Positions 1 to 13,300 of a DNA stretch of 64,000 bases are shown here, in pieces. The DNA is from Amoebidium appalachense (taxonomy: Eukaryota; Protista; Ichthyosporea): the NCBI GenBank assembly GCA_963693365.1, contig CAVNZM010000009.1, forward strand, positions 700,963 to 764,962. Reading direction: 5' to 3'. Under the pieces are notes generated by a model that saw nothing but the letters and a program-made list of their open reading frames with translations, did no database searches and was not told where the DNA came from. Made by a program: the position numbers and the translations under genes. Numbering within the stretch: position 1 is the first letter of the stretch; each line of letters starts with the position of its first letter.

Positions 1-1394
1 CCTCAAGCCCTCATCGGCAATAAAGGGGCTCAAAACGCGGTCTACACGTCCCTGGATAGAAAACATGCGCCGGATAAACCCCGGACGTTTGGGCGGCGGT
101 GGTGGGAGGGTTTGTTCTGCCTCGGAGGGTGGTGGGTTGGGTGTGGCGGTTGAGAGTCGTCGAAGTGCAATGGGTGTGATGGCTGTGTGTGTGTGTTTGG
201 GGAGGGGGGGGGGGGGGGGGGGATTCAGTGTGTGCTTGTTGTGCTTTCCCCCCTCCCCCCCTTACCCACCCACATACCCCCCCCCCCTGCCCTTCCTCCC
301 CCGCCTTCCCCCCACCCCCTCCTACCTACCCATCCACCCAACCAGTTCCCTTCTCCACTTACTACAAGAAAGAAAGAAAGAAAGAAGAAAGAATGAAAAG
401 AGAGCGATGACGTCATACAGCCACAGCCAGGGCAAGGTGGCTTGACGTGCCAAACCGACCGGCAAGGGGGGAGGGGAAGGGGAGGGGGAGGGGGGATGGA
501 GTGTACAATCAGAGGTACATGGTCTCAAGAAATAAGTAGGAGTCATTCTTGGGCCTAGGAGAGCCCAAGTCACGCACGGGAGGGGAGGCGGGGGAAAGGG
601 GGGGAGGGGGGGAGGGGGCTGGATGGAAACGTCCATGAACGCTCCACATGCCATAAGCTTGCAACCAAAAAAACAACAACAGCGGGTGAGAAGGGGAGGG
701 TGGAAGGGGGGAGGGGGGGAGAGGGGGAGGGGGATGATCGTGTGCACAGGCAGCCGGGGGAGGGAGGGAGGGAGAACGGGGGGTGGAAGAGTTTTCGCCC
801 ACCCCCCACTGTGTGCCAGGTTGACTCCTGGGGCATGCCATGCAAATTCTCACTGACAACCGAAAAGTGGCATAAACGACAAGCATGGATAGCCACAAAG
901 TGCAACAGAGTGGCTGAAAATAGGGACAAAACAGGGGCTTCAACATCCAGGTTTGGAATGTGTATGTGAGTTTTCATGCATGGTTGTGAAAGTGTCTATG
1001 TGCATTTCCCCGGGCGTGTGCGCGTGTGTACTTAGGTTGCTTGCAACGGCAAGAACGACGAGGGGGTGAGGGCGTGAGGGGGAGAGGGGGGGGGGGGGAG
1101 GGGTCATCGTGCTACTCGGACAATTCAAGAGATGAAGCTAGAGAGGTTGCAAGACCACTGCCATACCACCACAGCAACTACATCCAACAGGCGACAACAG
1201 CCCGTATGCGCGTCTTTGTCGCCATTTGAACAGTATAGCTAGAAGAGCAAACAGAAATTGGAATTAGAGAAACTGTCAACTCTCAGGATAAACATCACCA
1301 AACAAAACAAGAGAAGACAGCATGTGAACATACCTAGTAGTCGACGGCTGTCAGGCACCAAAGCCTGTGAAATATTGGAAGTGTACCGGAGCAT
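1..1394 (-). CDS. possible 5' part of a multi-exon gene running off the left edge, product unknown
   Basis: On the minus strand: AAAAA-ATG at 1394, an open exon ending at a GTATGT donor (1333), and near the edge an acceptor TTTCTATCCAG followed by a protein-like frame GRVDRVLSPFIADEGLR. It lies head-to-head with the SDR gene across a CCAAT/CRE-containing region. Internal exons could not be resolved. Confidence 0.3.
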
Positions 1395-1679
1395 TTTTTC
1401 GGGTAGAATGTATAACAAAAAGGGTATACGATGAGAGAAAAACTGTCACTGGGAATGAACCTAAACTAAAATCTAAGTCAACTTTTGCTCCTCCTAGCTC
1501 GGAATCATCAAAGCATGAGACGAATGCAGTTTCAAACAACAGCAAAGGGCCTCCTTCGCACTGTCAAAACACACCTACACACTCCCTATGTAACATCCCT
1601 TTCTTCTCAAGTTTCTCCCCTTTCCTTTCTACGCCTCTTCTACAAATTCACTCTCTCCACTTTACGTATCGGCTGACTC

Positions 1680-1870
1680 CAAAACTTTTCACTTGGCCGA
1701 ACTTTCGCCCACGCTGGGCCGGCAATTTTTTGCAATTTTTTGAGCCAATCCGTGACGTCATTATTATCAAGTCCCATATAAGGCTATTATCTTCCATAAA
1801 CGCATTATGATTGGCTGTTGGAATTTTTGGCGCGCGGTCCATCCATCTGATTGGACCACGTGGCACCCTA
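1680..1870. promoter_or_regulatory. probable (bidirectional) promoter with CCAAT boxes, CRE and E-box
   Basis: GCCAATC at 1744, TGACGTCA at 1753-1760, ATTGG at ~1810 and ~1850, CACGTG at ~1857. The stretch is free of simple repeats and lies just upstream of the SDR gene. Confidence 0.5.
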
Positions 1871-2028
1871 GATCTATCTTTGTGTCATGTGTGTCGGACT
1901 GTGTGCATGCGTGCACGTGTGTTGTATAGGTGCGTGCATAAGCGAGTACAGGGAAGCATGTTATGTTCCATACTCCGGTAGTTCATTCCTTGTTGTTTTA
2001 GTATAATTCTTGTTTTTAGCCGTGCAAG

Positions 2029-3173
2029 ATGAGCAGTGGGTTGAGAAATAGGGGCGAGGCTGCCAGCGGCGAGCCTGCGCTGCGCACGGCGATTGTGACC
2101 GGTGCCAACACGGGCATAGGCAAGGAGACGGCATGGGGGGTGCGTGTGCCTGCGTGCCTGCGTGCCTGCGTGCGTGTGTGCAATTGTGCTTGTGTGCCTA
2201 TGTGTCTTTGTGCCTGCGTGCCTGTGTGCCTGTGCACCTGTGTGCCTGTGTGCCTGTGTGCCTGTTTATTGTGTGTGTATTCTTCCCCGGATCCCATGTT
2301 TGCACGCCGTTGTGGCACTGCCCATGTGCGTGCACGGCGCATTCACCCGTAAGTGTCTTCAGTGTGCCTCTTTGTGAGTCTGTGCGCGCGCCATAGCACG
2401 TGAGTGTGCACCAGATCTTGCGCTTTGTTGCTTGCTTAGAAATAAAGGGCCGCTGTGTGTGCTTGTTTCTTGTGGCAGATCTTAGTGTTATTTGTGCACG
2501 CAGAAGTCTGTTGATGTTCGAAATTGCCTTCACTCTCGGTGAGTCAACCAGGAGCACGCGTACCAGGAGCACGCGTACTCTTTCTTGAACTCCGTTGCCC
2601 TGCGTTTTCCTCGCGATGAGTACAGTAAAAGCCTTATCCAAAGTACACTTTATTGTTCAAAAGTTAGATCTGAGAGGACAGCTTCTTATCGCGTTTTTCC
2701 TATCATCCGCCTGTGCAGCTAGCCGCTTCAGGCCAGTATGACCTTGTGATCTTGGCGTGCAGGTCCAAAGACAAAGCAGAGGAGGCCATCAAAGACATTA
2801 AAGCTCAGCGTAAGCTTCCCCCCCCTCCCTCCCCCCCCCGCCTCCTGGCCCAAGGACATGTTTTTCCACCTGTCTTTTTAAACTACTACTGACCGTCCCC
2901 CCCCCCCCCCCCCCCTTTGCGGCCCCAAAACACCACATCACGACCGCGATCCATGCCTGTTTGTTTCTTTGGCTTCTTTCTCCTGGCTGGTGTTCACCTT
3001 GTATACCCCTCCCCCCTCCCTCCCCCCTCTTCCCCCCTTAAAAAAAAAGACCCCCCCCCCTTCCCCTCAATCTTTGCACTTTCTCTACTTCAAGGTCAAC
3101 CCGTTATAGATGAAATCAAAACATCACCACCCCAAGTAGGTGGGAGAAGGGAGTGGAGTAAGGGTGGTGAGAT

Positions 3174-3218
<45 letters not shown>

Positions 3219-3384
3219 GGGTTCGGAGGCTTGCCGAGCATGCAGCTCATAAACACTGTCTCCTCCCTCGTGCCCGCTTCTCCTTCTTCTTTATTTCCAT
3301 CGTCTCGATCTCACTGTACCCCCCCCCCCCCCCCCCCCCCCTCCCTCCCCTCTCCCCTAACCCACTTCACCTTACACCTTCATC

Positions 3385-3462
<78 letters not shown>

Positions 3463-4753
3463 CAGTGCCTTCTGACTGTCCGTGTGCGCTGGAGTACATG
3501 CACGTGGAGCTATCCAATATGTCGTCTGTGCGTCAGTTTGCCGACGCCATTAAAACACACAGCCCACCACTGAAGCTCACAGCACTGGTATGTTTAACCC
3601 TTTAAAGTCGTTTTATTAAGACTTAATGGCGGTACTTTTTTCATAGCATGATGTTCAAGTGCATAACATGAATGTGCGCCCGAATGTTGTCAAGAGTCGA
3701 TGTTTGGCTTTGCCTAAATATGATGTGGGTTTTTTTGATAGAAATCGGGCAGGTTCCATGTAACGGGAACTGGGGCGATTACCGATATAGCCATCCAATG
3801 GGGGGGGGGGGGGGGAGGGGGGAGGGATTTTTGGGTAACGGTTTTGAGGTAAGGGGGTGTGTTAGGGCTGATTTGGGGCGCGTTGGAGCGGAGGATTTGG
3901 GGAGAGAGGGAAGGGGGGGAGAGGGAGAGGAGGCAGGCGTAAAAGCAAGAACATGTGCGATGCAAAGGTTAGAAAGGTTTGGGCGGCAGATGGAAAGAAG
4001 GGGGCCGGGGGAGGGGAGGGGGGGGGGGGGGGGGGAGAGTGCGGTTGAAGTGTTTGGTGGTTTCGACGAACTGTTTAACAAATGGGGGAAGGAGGAGGGG
4101 GAGGGGGAGGGGGGAGGGTGATAGGAGTAATAGTTCGAAGGAAAGGGTTGGCAGAGGATTATGGCAAGGAGAAAACAGTGGAACTTGGGTGTGTGGACGA
4201 GCCGAAACGTGGACCCTTTTGGCTTTCTTCCCGTTTAGCTAGTCCCACCGTATGGCAACACAGACACACACACACACACCCATTCACATGCACCCCCATC
4301 CCACTCCCTCCCCAACCCCCCCCCCCCCCCACCTACACACACACACATGCACCTCTATCCCCCCCCTCCCCCCCCCCCCAGACACACACACACTCAGACA
4401 CTTACACACGTACATCCCCCTCCGCCCTCCCCCCCCCCCCCTCCCTTCCTTCCCCCCGCCCCCCTCCCTCCCTCCCCCCTTTTTCAGGTGAACAATGCAG
4501 GTCTAGCATCCTTTGGCAACAAGGGAGCTAAGGTCATTCCCACTGCTGATGGGTTTGAGCCACTCTTTGCCACCAACTTCCTGTCTCACTTCCTCCTGAC
4601 CATGCTGCTATTGGATATGCTGAAGAGTGCTGGGCAGGCTCGCATCGTCAATCTATCGTCTGTCATGCACAGGTAGAGGGTCCGCTCCCTCCCCCCCTCC
4701 CCCCCCTCGGGCCTACCACCACCACAAACACACGCACACACACACACACACAT

Positions 4754-4810
<57 letters not shown>

Positions 4811-5702
4811 ACCACCACCACCACCACCACAAAAACGCACACACTTAAAATGTTTGGAAGGGTGTGTGTATGTGCCGGGAGGAGTGAGGGGAGAGGAGGG
4901 AGAGAGGGGGGGAGAGGGTGGGAAGGGGGGGAGGGGGGAGGGGGGAAGGGTGTTGTGGTACGGTGTATGGGGGGGGGGGGGAGGGGGGAGGGGGGGGGGG
5001 GAGGGGGGATGAGATTGAATGGCTGTATGAACTATCCTAGCACCACCCCATGCCTCACACTGTCAATGTGCAGGCGGGGTGCCAGCAAGCTTGCGCTCTA
5101 CGAGAAAGGTCTGACTGAGTTTTCGGGCTATTCTTATGCTAACTCGAAGATGGCCATGGTACAACTATTCCCCCCCCCCCCCATATATTTTTCTTGCTTC
5201 TGCTTACTGCTGCAACTTTAACCCCCGGCCTTTCCCACTGCCCTTGCCTGCATAAGCAACCCTGCTCGTCTCTGATCAAGACGGGTGACCTACTCATGTT
5301 CAAGTGAAACAGTATCTGAGTTGGGTTTCGTTAACGAGGGGAATAGGTCGAAACTCGGGTACTGTGGATGACGTGGGCCCCCCCTGAGGATGGGCTCTGC
5401 TTATTATGCATACTCTTTATGTATGGCTTGCATTCTGCATCGTGTTATCCGTTTGTTCTTGTGTACTTCGTACTTTTTGACGCATTCAAAACCCCCCTCC
5501 CCCCCCCCCCCCGCCGCCGCCTCACACACACACACACCCACACGCACACACCCACACGCACACACGCGCGCGCACACACACACATGCACACACACAGGCA
5601 GCTGCACCAGGTGCTTGCATGCATGCACTCACTCGCACATAGGTGTACTCCATTTCTCCTTATTCCGCTCCATTCCATATCAATATCCCAACTCCTCCCC
5701 CC

Positions 5703-5765
<63 letters not shown>

Positions 5766-5919
5766 TCACTCACTCACCCATCCCACCCCCCACATCCATT
5801 CCCCCCTCCCCCTTCGTGCATCTAAACATTCTAGGCACCCACCACAGACCTAACGGTGAGCAAGATGCATAAAGTCGACCTCCCCCCCCCCCCCCCCCCC
5901 CCTTCTCTCTCTCTCTCTC

Positions 5920-5954
<35 letters not shown>

Positions 5955-6508
5955 TCCCTCCCTCTCTCCCTGCCTCCCTCCCTCCCCCTCCCTCTCCTCT
6001 CTCTATCCCCCCCCCCCCCCCCCCCCCCCCCCCCATTCCCACAAAAAGGAAAAGAAAAAAAAAGAAGGGAGAAGAGAAAGAAGGACTCTGGAAAACAGAC
6101 CACCCACTGGTTCGAGGTTTGAGTTTGTGATTAGGGTCAGGGTTAGGTGCCCATGGAGCTGTGAAAGTATGTAAGCATCAAGTAGTGGCTGTGTTTGTGC
6201 GTATGTGTGGTGCCATGTGTGTACACGTGCATGTGCCTGCTCATGTTTTTGCCCACACCCACCCTCAGGTTTTGTTTACAACCCATCTGCATAGCATTCT
6301 GCAGGGCTCAGGAGTAGAGGTACCCCCTCCCCCTTCCCCCCTCCCTTCCCCCGCCCCCTACCATCTCTATTCTTTCTTAAAAAAAGTTGAATTGCCCCCC
6401 CCCCCCCCTTTCCCGCCCCCAGGAATCGACCACCACCACGACCCAACCCACCCAGCAGAGGAAGAGATTGGAGAGCAGAGAAAAAGAATACAGTGCTGGT
6501 CTTGCCTT

Positions 6509-6541
<33 letters not shown>

Positions 6542-7795
6542 CAATCGGTCCCTCTTCTGCTTTACCGCCATATACTATAGTTGGCCACATACTATAGTTG
6601 GCCACATACTATAGTTGGCCACATACTATAGTTGGCCACATACTATAGTTGGCCACATACTATAGTTGGCCACATACTATAGTTGGTCTCCACACAATGC
6701 ACCTACCTCTCTCTCTCTCCTCCCTGACACTCTCCATGTCACCTTTTCTTCCCGATCCCCCCCCCCCCCCCCCCCCCTCATGCTTCCGCACTCTCCCTCC
6801 CTCCTTACCCCCCTCCCCCTCATCCTTTTCTCCCACACCCCAACCACACCCCCCCCCCCCCCCCCCCCCCCCCCCACACACACACCCACACACATTCTGT
6901 ATCCCATATATCGAATCCCATGGCTAACCCCTCCCCCTCCCCCCTCCCCCCCCCAGGTGCATGCCGTGAATCCCGGTGCCGTCAACAGTGACATCTGGCG
7001 GTCCATCCCCATTGCCTGGATGCTTGCTGTGGCCAAGTTCATTTTCTCTCTCATCTTCCTCACTCCAAGACAGGTATCATCCATCTCCAACCCCCCCCCT
7101 CCCCCCGCCGCCTGCCCCAGGACCCTCCTTGCATTCTCCTCTCTCCCCACTCCACCCTCCCACCCACCTCCCCAAGTTTTTTTCCCAATTGGATGGTTCT
7201 CGGTAACCCCCCCTCCCCTTGCCGTTCACTCGTACTTCCTCCCTCCTCCCCCCTCTTTTTCCCATATGTACAACATCACCTTTCAAATATGTCAACTTTG
7301 AGTCAACTTACACACACTCGCACCAGCTACCAACAATGTCCCCATACTTCACGGATTTGCACTACCTAAGCCACGACTGATATTACCACACCGACTCTCG
7401 GTCTCTCTGCGTCTCTCTTTTCTTCTTCTGGCCCTTCCTTCCTCCCCCCCCCCCCACCCTCCCCCCCCCCCCCCCCCCCATTAGTTTGCACACACATCTT
7501 CACCGTTTTGCTCACCTTGCTTGCATAAGCAACCCTGCTCGTCTTTGATCAAGACGGGTTGACCCACCCAAGTTCAGTTGATGCTGCTGTCTGAGTTGGA
7601 GCGTCGTATATACGCGGGCTAAGGGGTCGAAACTCAGACGCAATTGATGACTTGGGCCCTCCCTGAGGATGGGCTCTGCTTATGACGCATACTGTGCGCA
7701 TGGCTGATGCTGCATACTTGAATGTTTGCCTTTGCATGTGTCCTGCATCATGCTTCTCATCGTCTATGCGTACTTCGTACTGTGTTCCGCATTCA

Positions 7796-7832
<37 letters not shown>

Positions 7833-8107
7833 CGCCCCCCTCCTTCAACTTTTGTTACCCAATCTCACCTGTTCCTTTTTTCAAGAACTCCCATTCTGTT
7901 AAACCCCCCCCCCCCCCCCCCCCCCAACACACACACACACACCTTTAACAAGACTGCAGCATCTATTCTTTCCTCCTTTTCATCCGGCTCTACTCTCCAC
8001 ACCCTGAAGCACTCACATTTTATTCGAACACACATGCACCCGCGCGCACACACACACAGACACACACACACGTGCACATGCACACACACACACACACACG
8101 CACACGC

Positions 8108-8157
<50 letters not shown>

Positions 8158-8296
8158 ACAGGGGGCTGCCACCAGCATCCATGCAGCCACAGCCCCAGGC
8201 ATCGGCAGCAACAAATACTGGACACCCTATTGGATCCCCATCAGAGCCTTCACCAGCATGTTTGACCACTTGAGTACGATCCCCCCCCCCCCCCCC

Positions 8297-8329
<33 letters not shown>

Positions 8330-8363
8330 GAAAAGAAAGAAAAAGAAAAAAGAAACACACAGG

Positions 8364-8411
<48 letters not shown>

Positions 8412-8443
8412 GCACACAGTCACACACACACACACGCACACAG

Positions 8444-8509
<66 letters not shown>

Positions 8510-10045
8510 CACACACAGAATGTTCACATTAGCATGTGTCCTGCATCTTTATCTCCTCGTATAGTTGTTCTTTGTACTGTGTTCTGCATCATACCCCCCC
8601 CCCCCCCCTCCAACACAGGCACAGACCCAGGAATATGTGGGGGGAATGTGTCAGTTCTACGTGAAATTCTTTTGTCGGTGGAGCCTGCTTGGTACTGTCT
8701 CCTACCTACATGTGTCTCCTTTTGCATGCATTGTGTTTTTTTGTTGTGCATTTTGGGGCCTTGGTCTGTTGAGTGCACACATTGTTTCCATCTCGTTGCA
8801 GCAATGTTTTGTTGGTTGGATTTTTGCAAAGGCTCTCTATGGGTGTGTACAAACTTTTGCTCGGTGGCGTGAGCTCGAGCGTAAACTGCACCCCTAAGGG
8901 CCTGTTTGGTAGCGCGCTAAATACGGTTTTTTATCGTATTCGTATTTAGGGCCTAAATACGTATACGATCCCGTGGCATGCCAAACACGCCGCGGGCTTT
9001 TATTTTTTGTAAATACGATAGGGATCGCTTTTATATCGTATTTACGAAAATCACCGCCGGAGGTGTTTTTCGTAAATACGATATAGGAAATTAGCCAATC
9101 AGAGCATTTCGCATCATTTATTGGCTATCAGCTAGCCAATGGTACAGCGTAAGCCGCGGCGGGCACATTTTTACTACAGTACGCATGCCGGTGCATGCAC
9201 GTGAACAATTCACTGTTAGAAAGAAGGTCGGTGTCATACACGTCATTTTGTGTACATGCCCAGTTAAAATTGGCACATGAATTTGGGTAGCGCTGCACAG
9301 GTAAGACAGAGGACGAGGAACCCTACACGGTGCATGATCACAAGCTCAGACTGTATATATATGCCATAATAATCATTGAAACAATACTGGACTCCGATAT
9401 ATGCATTACTAAAAACAATCAAATGTACATGTACAAACTCGGTGACATGCAGGCACCACGAGTTGTAGACAAGGACAAATTTTAACACTATGTGTTCAGA
9501 TATGTGGGGAATGCCAGGGACGAACGTTAGTGACGTAAAACGAGGTCTCTAGCAAGGCTAGCCACCGCAATAACTGGCAGTATCCCTTCAACAACAGACT
9601 TTCTAACCTATTGTTAAACAGAGCAAGACTCACTGTCGGTGACTCGTTTTTGCCGTTCGCTGTAATACTGACTACAGCTGCACCAGCATGGAATACCGAA
9701 GGATGATCAATGGGTGCGAATAGGGCCAATCAGATCTCGTGAACCATGTATCGACATTTTATGTGACCAGTCACGCCTGACAGCGTTTGGAAGACACCAA
9801 CCGTATTTAGGCCCTAAATACGCATACCACGATAAATTTTGTAAATACGGTAGATCGTATTTAGGGCCTAAATACGAATACGATTATTGGGGTGCTGCCA
9901 AACAGGCCCTAAGGTTTAAGCTGGCTTGTCATGGTGTGATCTCAATTTATGTTGGTAACACGTCATTACGCCCACCAAATACATCATCTCTAATCCCCTC
10001 CCCTCCCTGCCCACAGCCGCCCCTTACACCTCCCCCCCCTTCCCC

Positions 10046-10078
<33 letters not shown>

Positions 10079-10154
10079 CTTCCCCGCCCCCTCCCCCCTG
10101 ACACCACCAACAACAACAGACCCCCGGCAAAAAAACATGCACAATCCCACTCAC

Positions 10155-10214
<60 letters not shown>

Positions 10215-10377
10215 CGTCTTTGTTGGTGCTGTGGAGGCTGACCCCCGCCCCGACGGGCGCGACCCCGTCCTGGCAAAGGGTCTGTTCGATGCTTGTTGGG
10301 AGGCAGTCAAGCTTGAAGGAAACCCCCCATGTAAATTGGTTACAGAACCCCCTTGTCTAAACATTCAGTCATGTTAA
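2029..10377 (+). CDS. short-chain dehydrogenase/reductase, retinol dehydrogenase (RDH11/12)/WWOX-like, 9 exons
   Basis: GT-AG exons with consistent phase: 2029-2139, 2719-2809, 3466-3587, 4488-4672, 5074-5158, 6269-6319, 6957-7073, 8162-8273, 10214-10377. Motifs: TGANTGIG (TGxxxGxG), LACRS, VNNAG, DGFE..FATN.LSHFLLT, RIVNLSS, YANSK (YxxxK), AVNPGAV, TPRQGAATSIHAA. Confidence 0.93.
5183..5490 (+). mobile_element. structured dispersed repeat (SINE-like), diverged copy A, in SDR intron 5
   Basis: Homologous to 7480-7797 through shared CATAAGCAACCCTGCTCGTC, GATCAAGACGGGT, GGTCGAAACTC, CCCTGAGGATGGGCTCTGCTTA and CGCATTCAAA. Flanked by poly-C on both sides. Confidence 0.75.
6567..6685. repeat. 17-bp tandem repeat, 7 copies (GCCACATACTATAGTTG)
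   Basis: Read directly in SDR intron 6. The first unit has one mismatch and there are no spacers. Confidence 0.95.
7480..7797 (+). mobile_element. structured dispersed repeat (SINE-like), copy B, in SDR intron 7
   Basis: Near-identical to the reverse complement of 52539-52856. Flanked by poly-C on both sides. Confidence 0.8.
8518..8593 (+). mobile_element. 3'-terminal fragment of the same repeat family, copy C
   Basis: GAATGTT..GCATGTGTCCTGCATC...GTACTGTGTTCTGCAT followed by poly-C matches the last ~85 bp of copy B. Confidence 0.6.
8898..9909. mobile_element. non-autonomous PIF/Harbinger (Tourist-like) DNA transposon in SDR intron 8
   Basis: TIRs GGGCCTGTTTGGTAGC / GCTGCCAAACAGGCCC (15/16 match). 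TAA target-site duplication at 8895-8897 and 9910-9912. A subterminal palindrome CGTATTTAGG-N-CCTAAATACG recurs at 8941, 9802 and 9856. No transposase ORF. Confidence 0.9.
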
Positions 10378-13300
10378 ACCTCCTCCATTGTGACAGTGTA
10401 AATTAGTTTTAGTTAAATTATCACCCTCCAGTCTGGTCTCTTTCCCTCGTTTTCATGTCTCTTATTTCTCCCTCCCTGGCCCCACCTTAATGCTGCCAAT
10501 AAGCATTCGTGGACAAGGTTAACGGGAACATTTTGCAGTAAAGGCCTAGAAGTGAATGGATAGATTCGAAGCAACAACATAGTCTTGATTTGAGGTGAGT
10601 CTAGTATACCTATCTGTTGTTCGGGAGGGTGGGGAATATTTAATTATAATAGCACCGTGCTGGCCTTTTCTCTGTGTGAGAGTTATTTTTTTTACTATAA
10701 TATACATGCACTGTACATGCATATGCCAATTATGCTGATATGCATTGTTCAGTAAGCATGCAGGCATGCTACGTTTATTAGTGGCATTTTGCCAGCAATA
10801 TAATTACAAAGCAAATGTTCATATTGGAGCGCTGTGAGGATGGTCGATGTCGACGTCCACTTTAAATGGAGACGGTGTATATATATTGTACATGTGATTG
10901 TGTGCGCGTGTATGTCCGGCACGGTACCTGTGTGTGTGTGCTTCACCGTGCTCGTGTCGTCGCGCGCGCCTGTGTGTATGTGTGGTGTTTGTGTTGTGTA
11001 TGTGTGTGTCAAAGGAGAGAGAGAGAGAGAGAGAGAGAGAGGAAGAGAGCGCGAAATAGAGAGAGAGAGAGAGTGTGTGTGAGTGAGAGAGAGAGAGAGA
11101 TTGTGTGTGTGTGTGCGTCTGTGTGTGTGTGTGTGTGTCACAGTGTGTGCGTGTGTGTGTGTGTGTGTGCGTGTGTGTGTAAACATCATGCTTGTTGGTT
11201 TATGTGTGTGTGCCTGCGTGTCATGTGACGAACGTTGGTCGTTTGTGGGAATGTGTAGGCCACATGTTTCTACGTTTGCTTGGGCCTATGTTGTGTTGTG
11301 TGCGCCGCCTGAAAGCATGCGGTACATCAACGAATATTCCCAACCGACTTCACATGTATGAACGCGAAACAGCGCCTTCGAATATTCGAATACTTTTGAC
11401 CCAAGATCGACATCACGATTGCAGTGGGTGGGTCGATACACATGCTGTCTCAGAGTTATCATGCTATTATAACCTACATAACAACACACTTGTAAGAAGA
11501 AAACACAAGACGTAGACGCCAATGTTTGATCGAATACCAACTATATGCGCCGAGGCTGGGCTGAGGAGGTTGAGAATAGATACAGTGTACGTACATGTTA
11601 CGTACGTACCATCATTCATTCACCCAGGCGGCACGGCCGACCAGCCTATCATTACAATTGCTGAATTCGAAGGAAAACGAGCGCAGGGGTTGAGTATTTT
11701 ATAATCAATTAGATTCTTACTACTGATGTCATTGTGTCATTTTGTTTTATGATAACGTAGCTCTTGGGCCTTGGCCAATGGCCGCCTGTGTCACAGAGAA
11801 AATCTATTCTTGTTATCTTATCTGTTCGACCTGATCATAAATAATTATAGTGAGTGCTCCGAGTGAACACGCTCGACATCAAAAATTTTATAGTAGCAAT
11901 ATACATACGTGATGAGTGAGTCATAGAAAATAAGGAAGTATCCTTCCCTTTTCTTATTAAACACTTTTTTTTTTTTTTTTTTTTTTTTTTTTGCCCGCCC
12001 TTTTCAACATACGCCTGTGATAATTATAGCACATAGTATTGCCGCCAGGCGCAGCTGTATGACGTACGCGTTCTCCACAGACTCAATGACGTCAAAGATT
12101 TTATACCAGGAATGCACATGTGCTAAGTGAGATCCCGGGACAACAAATCAAAACAAGGATTCGCACATTCCAGCCATAAGAGCTCCAGCCTTTTTGGTTG
12201 GCTCAGACGGATGGTTCCAGTCTTCCAGAACACTCGCTCACTATTGAGTCACCAATAAAACACGGAGAGGTCGCGACCCTGGGGTCCGGGCTTTGGTTTT
12301 TTCCCTTCTTCCTGCACCGCTTGTAGGCACGTGTAACCACGCGCCCAGCCAGGTTTCCTACGTCAGCCTGCATGGTTCGCATAGTTTGGCCAGCCCTCAA
12401 TCAAGACGCTGCACAACGACAGCACATGGACACATATGTGGGAACATATCTGCGAAGATTACCAATCACGCAACAACATTACTTCCTGTATATGCATTGA
12501 GCGTCATTGCTTTTGAGGTTGGAGACTGGGCAACTGGAAAAGCTATTTTTTACGTGTGATATGGAAGCTGGGTGATCTGAGCCATCATCAGTGCACACGC
12601 CTAATGCTCTGTTTGTGGCATTGTGAGAGGCCACCACGCCTTGACCATCAGGCAATTGCAAGGAGGTATATGGACATCCATGTGTACAATATATTAGGAG
12701 AAACCATATGTACATATTCAATCATTATAATGATGTCTTGGCCGCGAGTGTCTCGCTAACTAACAATATACATGGCAGCGTAAATACGTAGCCATAATGC
12801 AGCGCATCGATATCGTGGCCCGGGTTTATGAAGATTCCATGCGTGATCAGGCCTGGCACGTGCACGCATGGGGGAATCTGTGTCTAATGTTTATAAGAGA
12901 GTTACCAAAACTGTTGTGCTCTTCCGGAGTGGGGCCTTGCCCATGGCAGAAGCATAAAAACACAATAGGCTGCATAATAATAAGCTCTGATCAAAAACGA
13001 ACCCGGCTACTTGTCAAGGAGAAAAGGTAACGTTAGAAACGTTCATCGATATCACGTACGTGTTCACGCTGAGCCCGACGGCACCATCGGCACCTTATCT
13101 GCACATGGATGTACCTGTCACAGTACCACGTACCCCTTGGCGTGTCTGATGCCCAAAGGATAATTTGTGAGGCGTACACGGTCGCGGACAGCCCGTGCAC
13201 TCGCGCTAATATTGGCGTCCCCTGCGAAGCTTCGTCACTAAGAAGGAGCAGAGAAGCCCGTAGATTCGTCTATTTCGCGGCCGTATCACTATAATACATG

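Noticed and set aside
6128-6148. Telomere-like TTAGGGTCAGGGTTAGG
   Set aside because: Only about three degenerate units inside an intron.
6567-6685. Palindrome-containing 17-bp repeat array as a CRISPR candidate
   Set aside because: Head-to-tail units without spacers, in a eukaryotic intron, with no cas genes.
7585-7675. Hammerhead ribozyme in the structured repeat (GAAAC and CTGAGGA present)
   Set aside because: CTGANGA and GAAA cannot be arranged around stems I-III in any canonical topology, and copy D changes the CTGA.
7505-7700. U1, U3, SRP or tRNA identity for the structured repeat (four-way junction, TGATCA loop, TGATGA/CTGA, B-box-like GGTCGAAAC)
   Set aside because: No Sm site, U1A loop, SRP helix-8 motif or cloverleaf can be completed. 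The resemblances are short and need an Rfam search.
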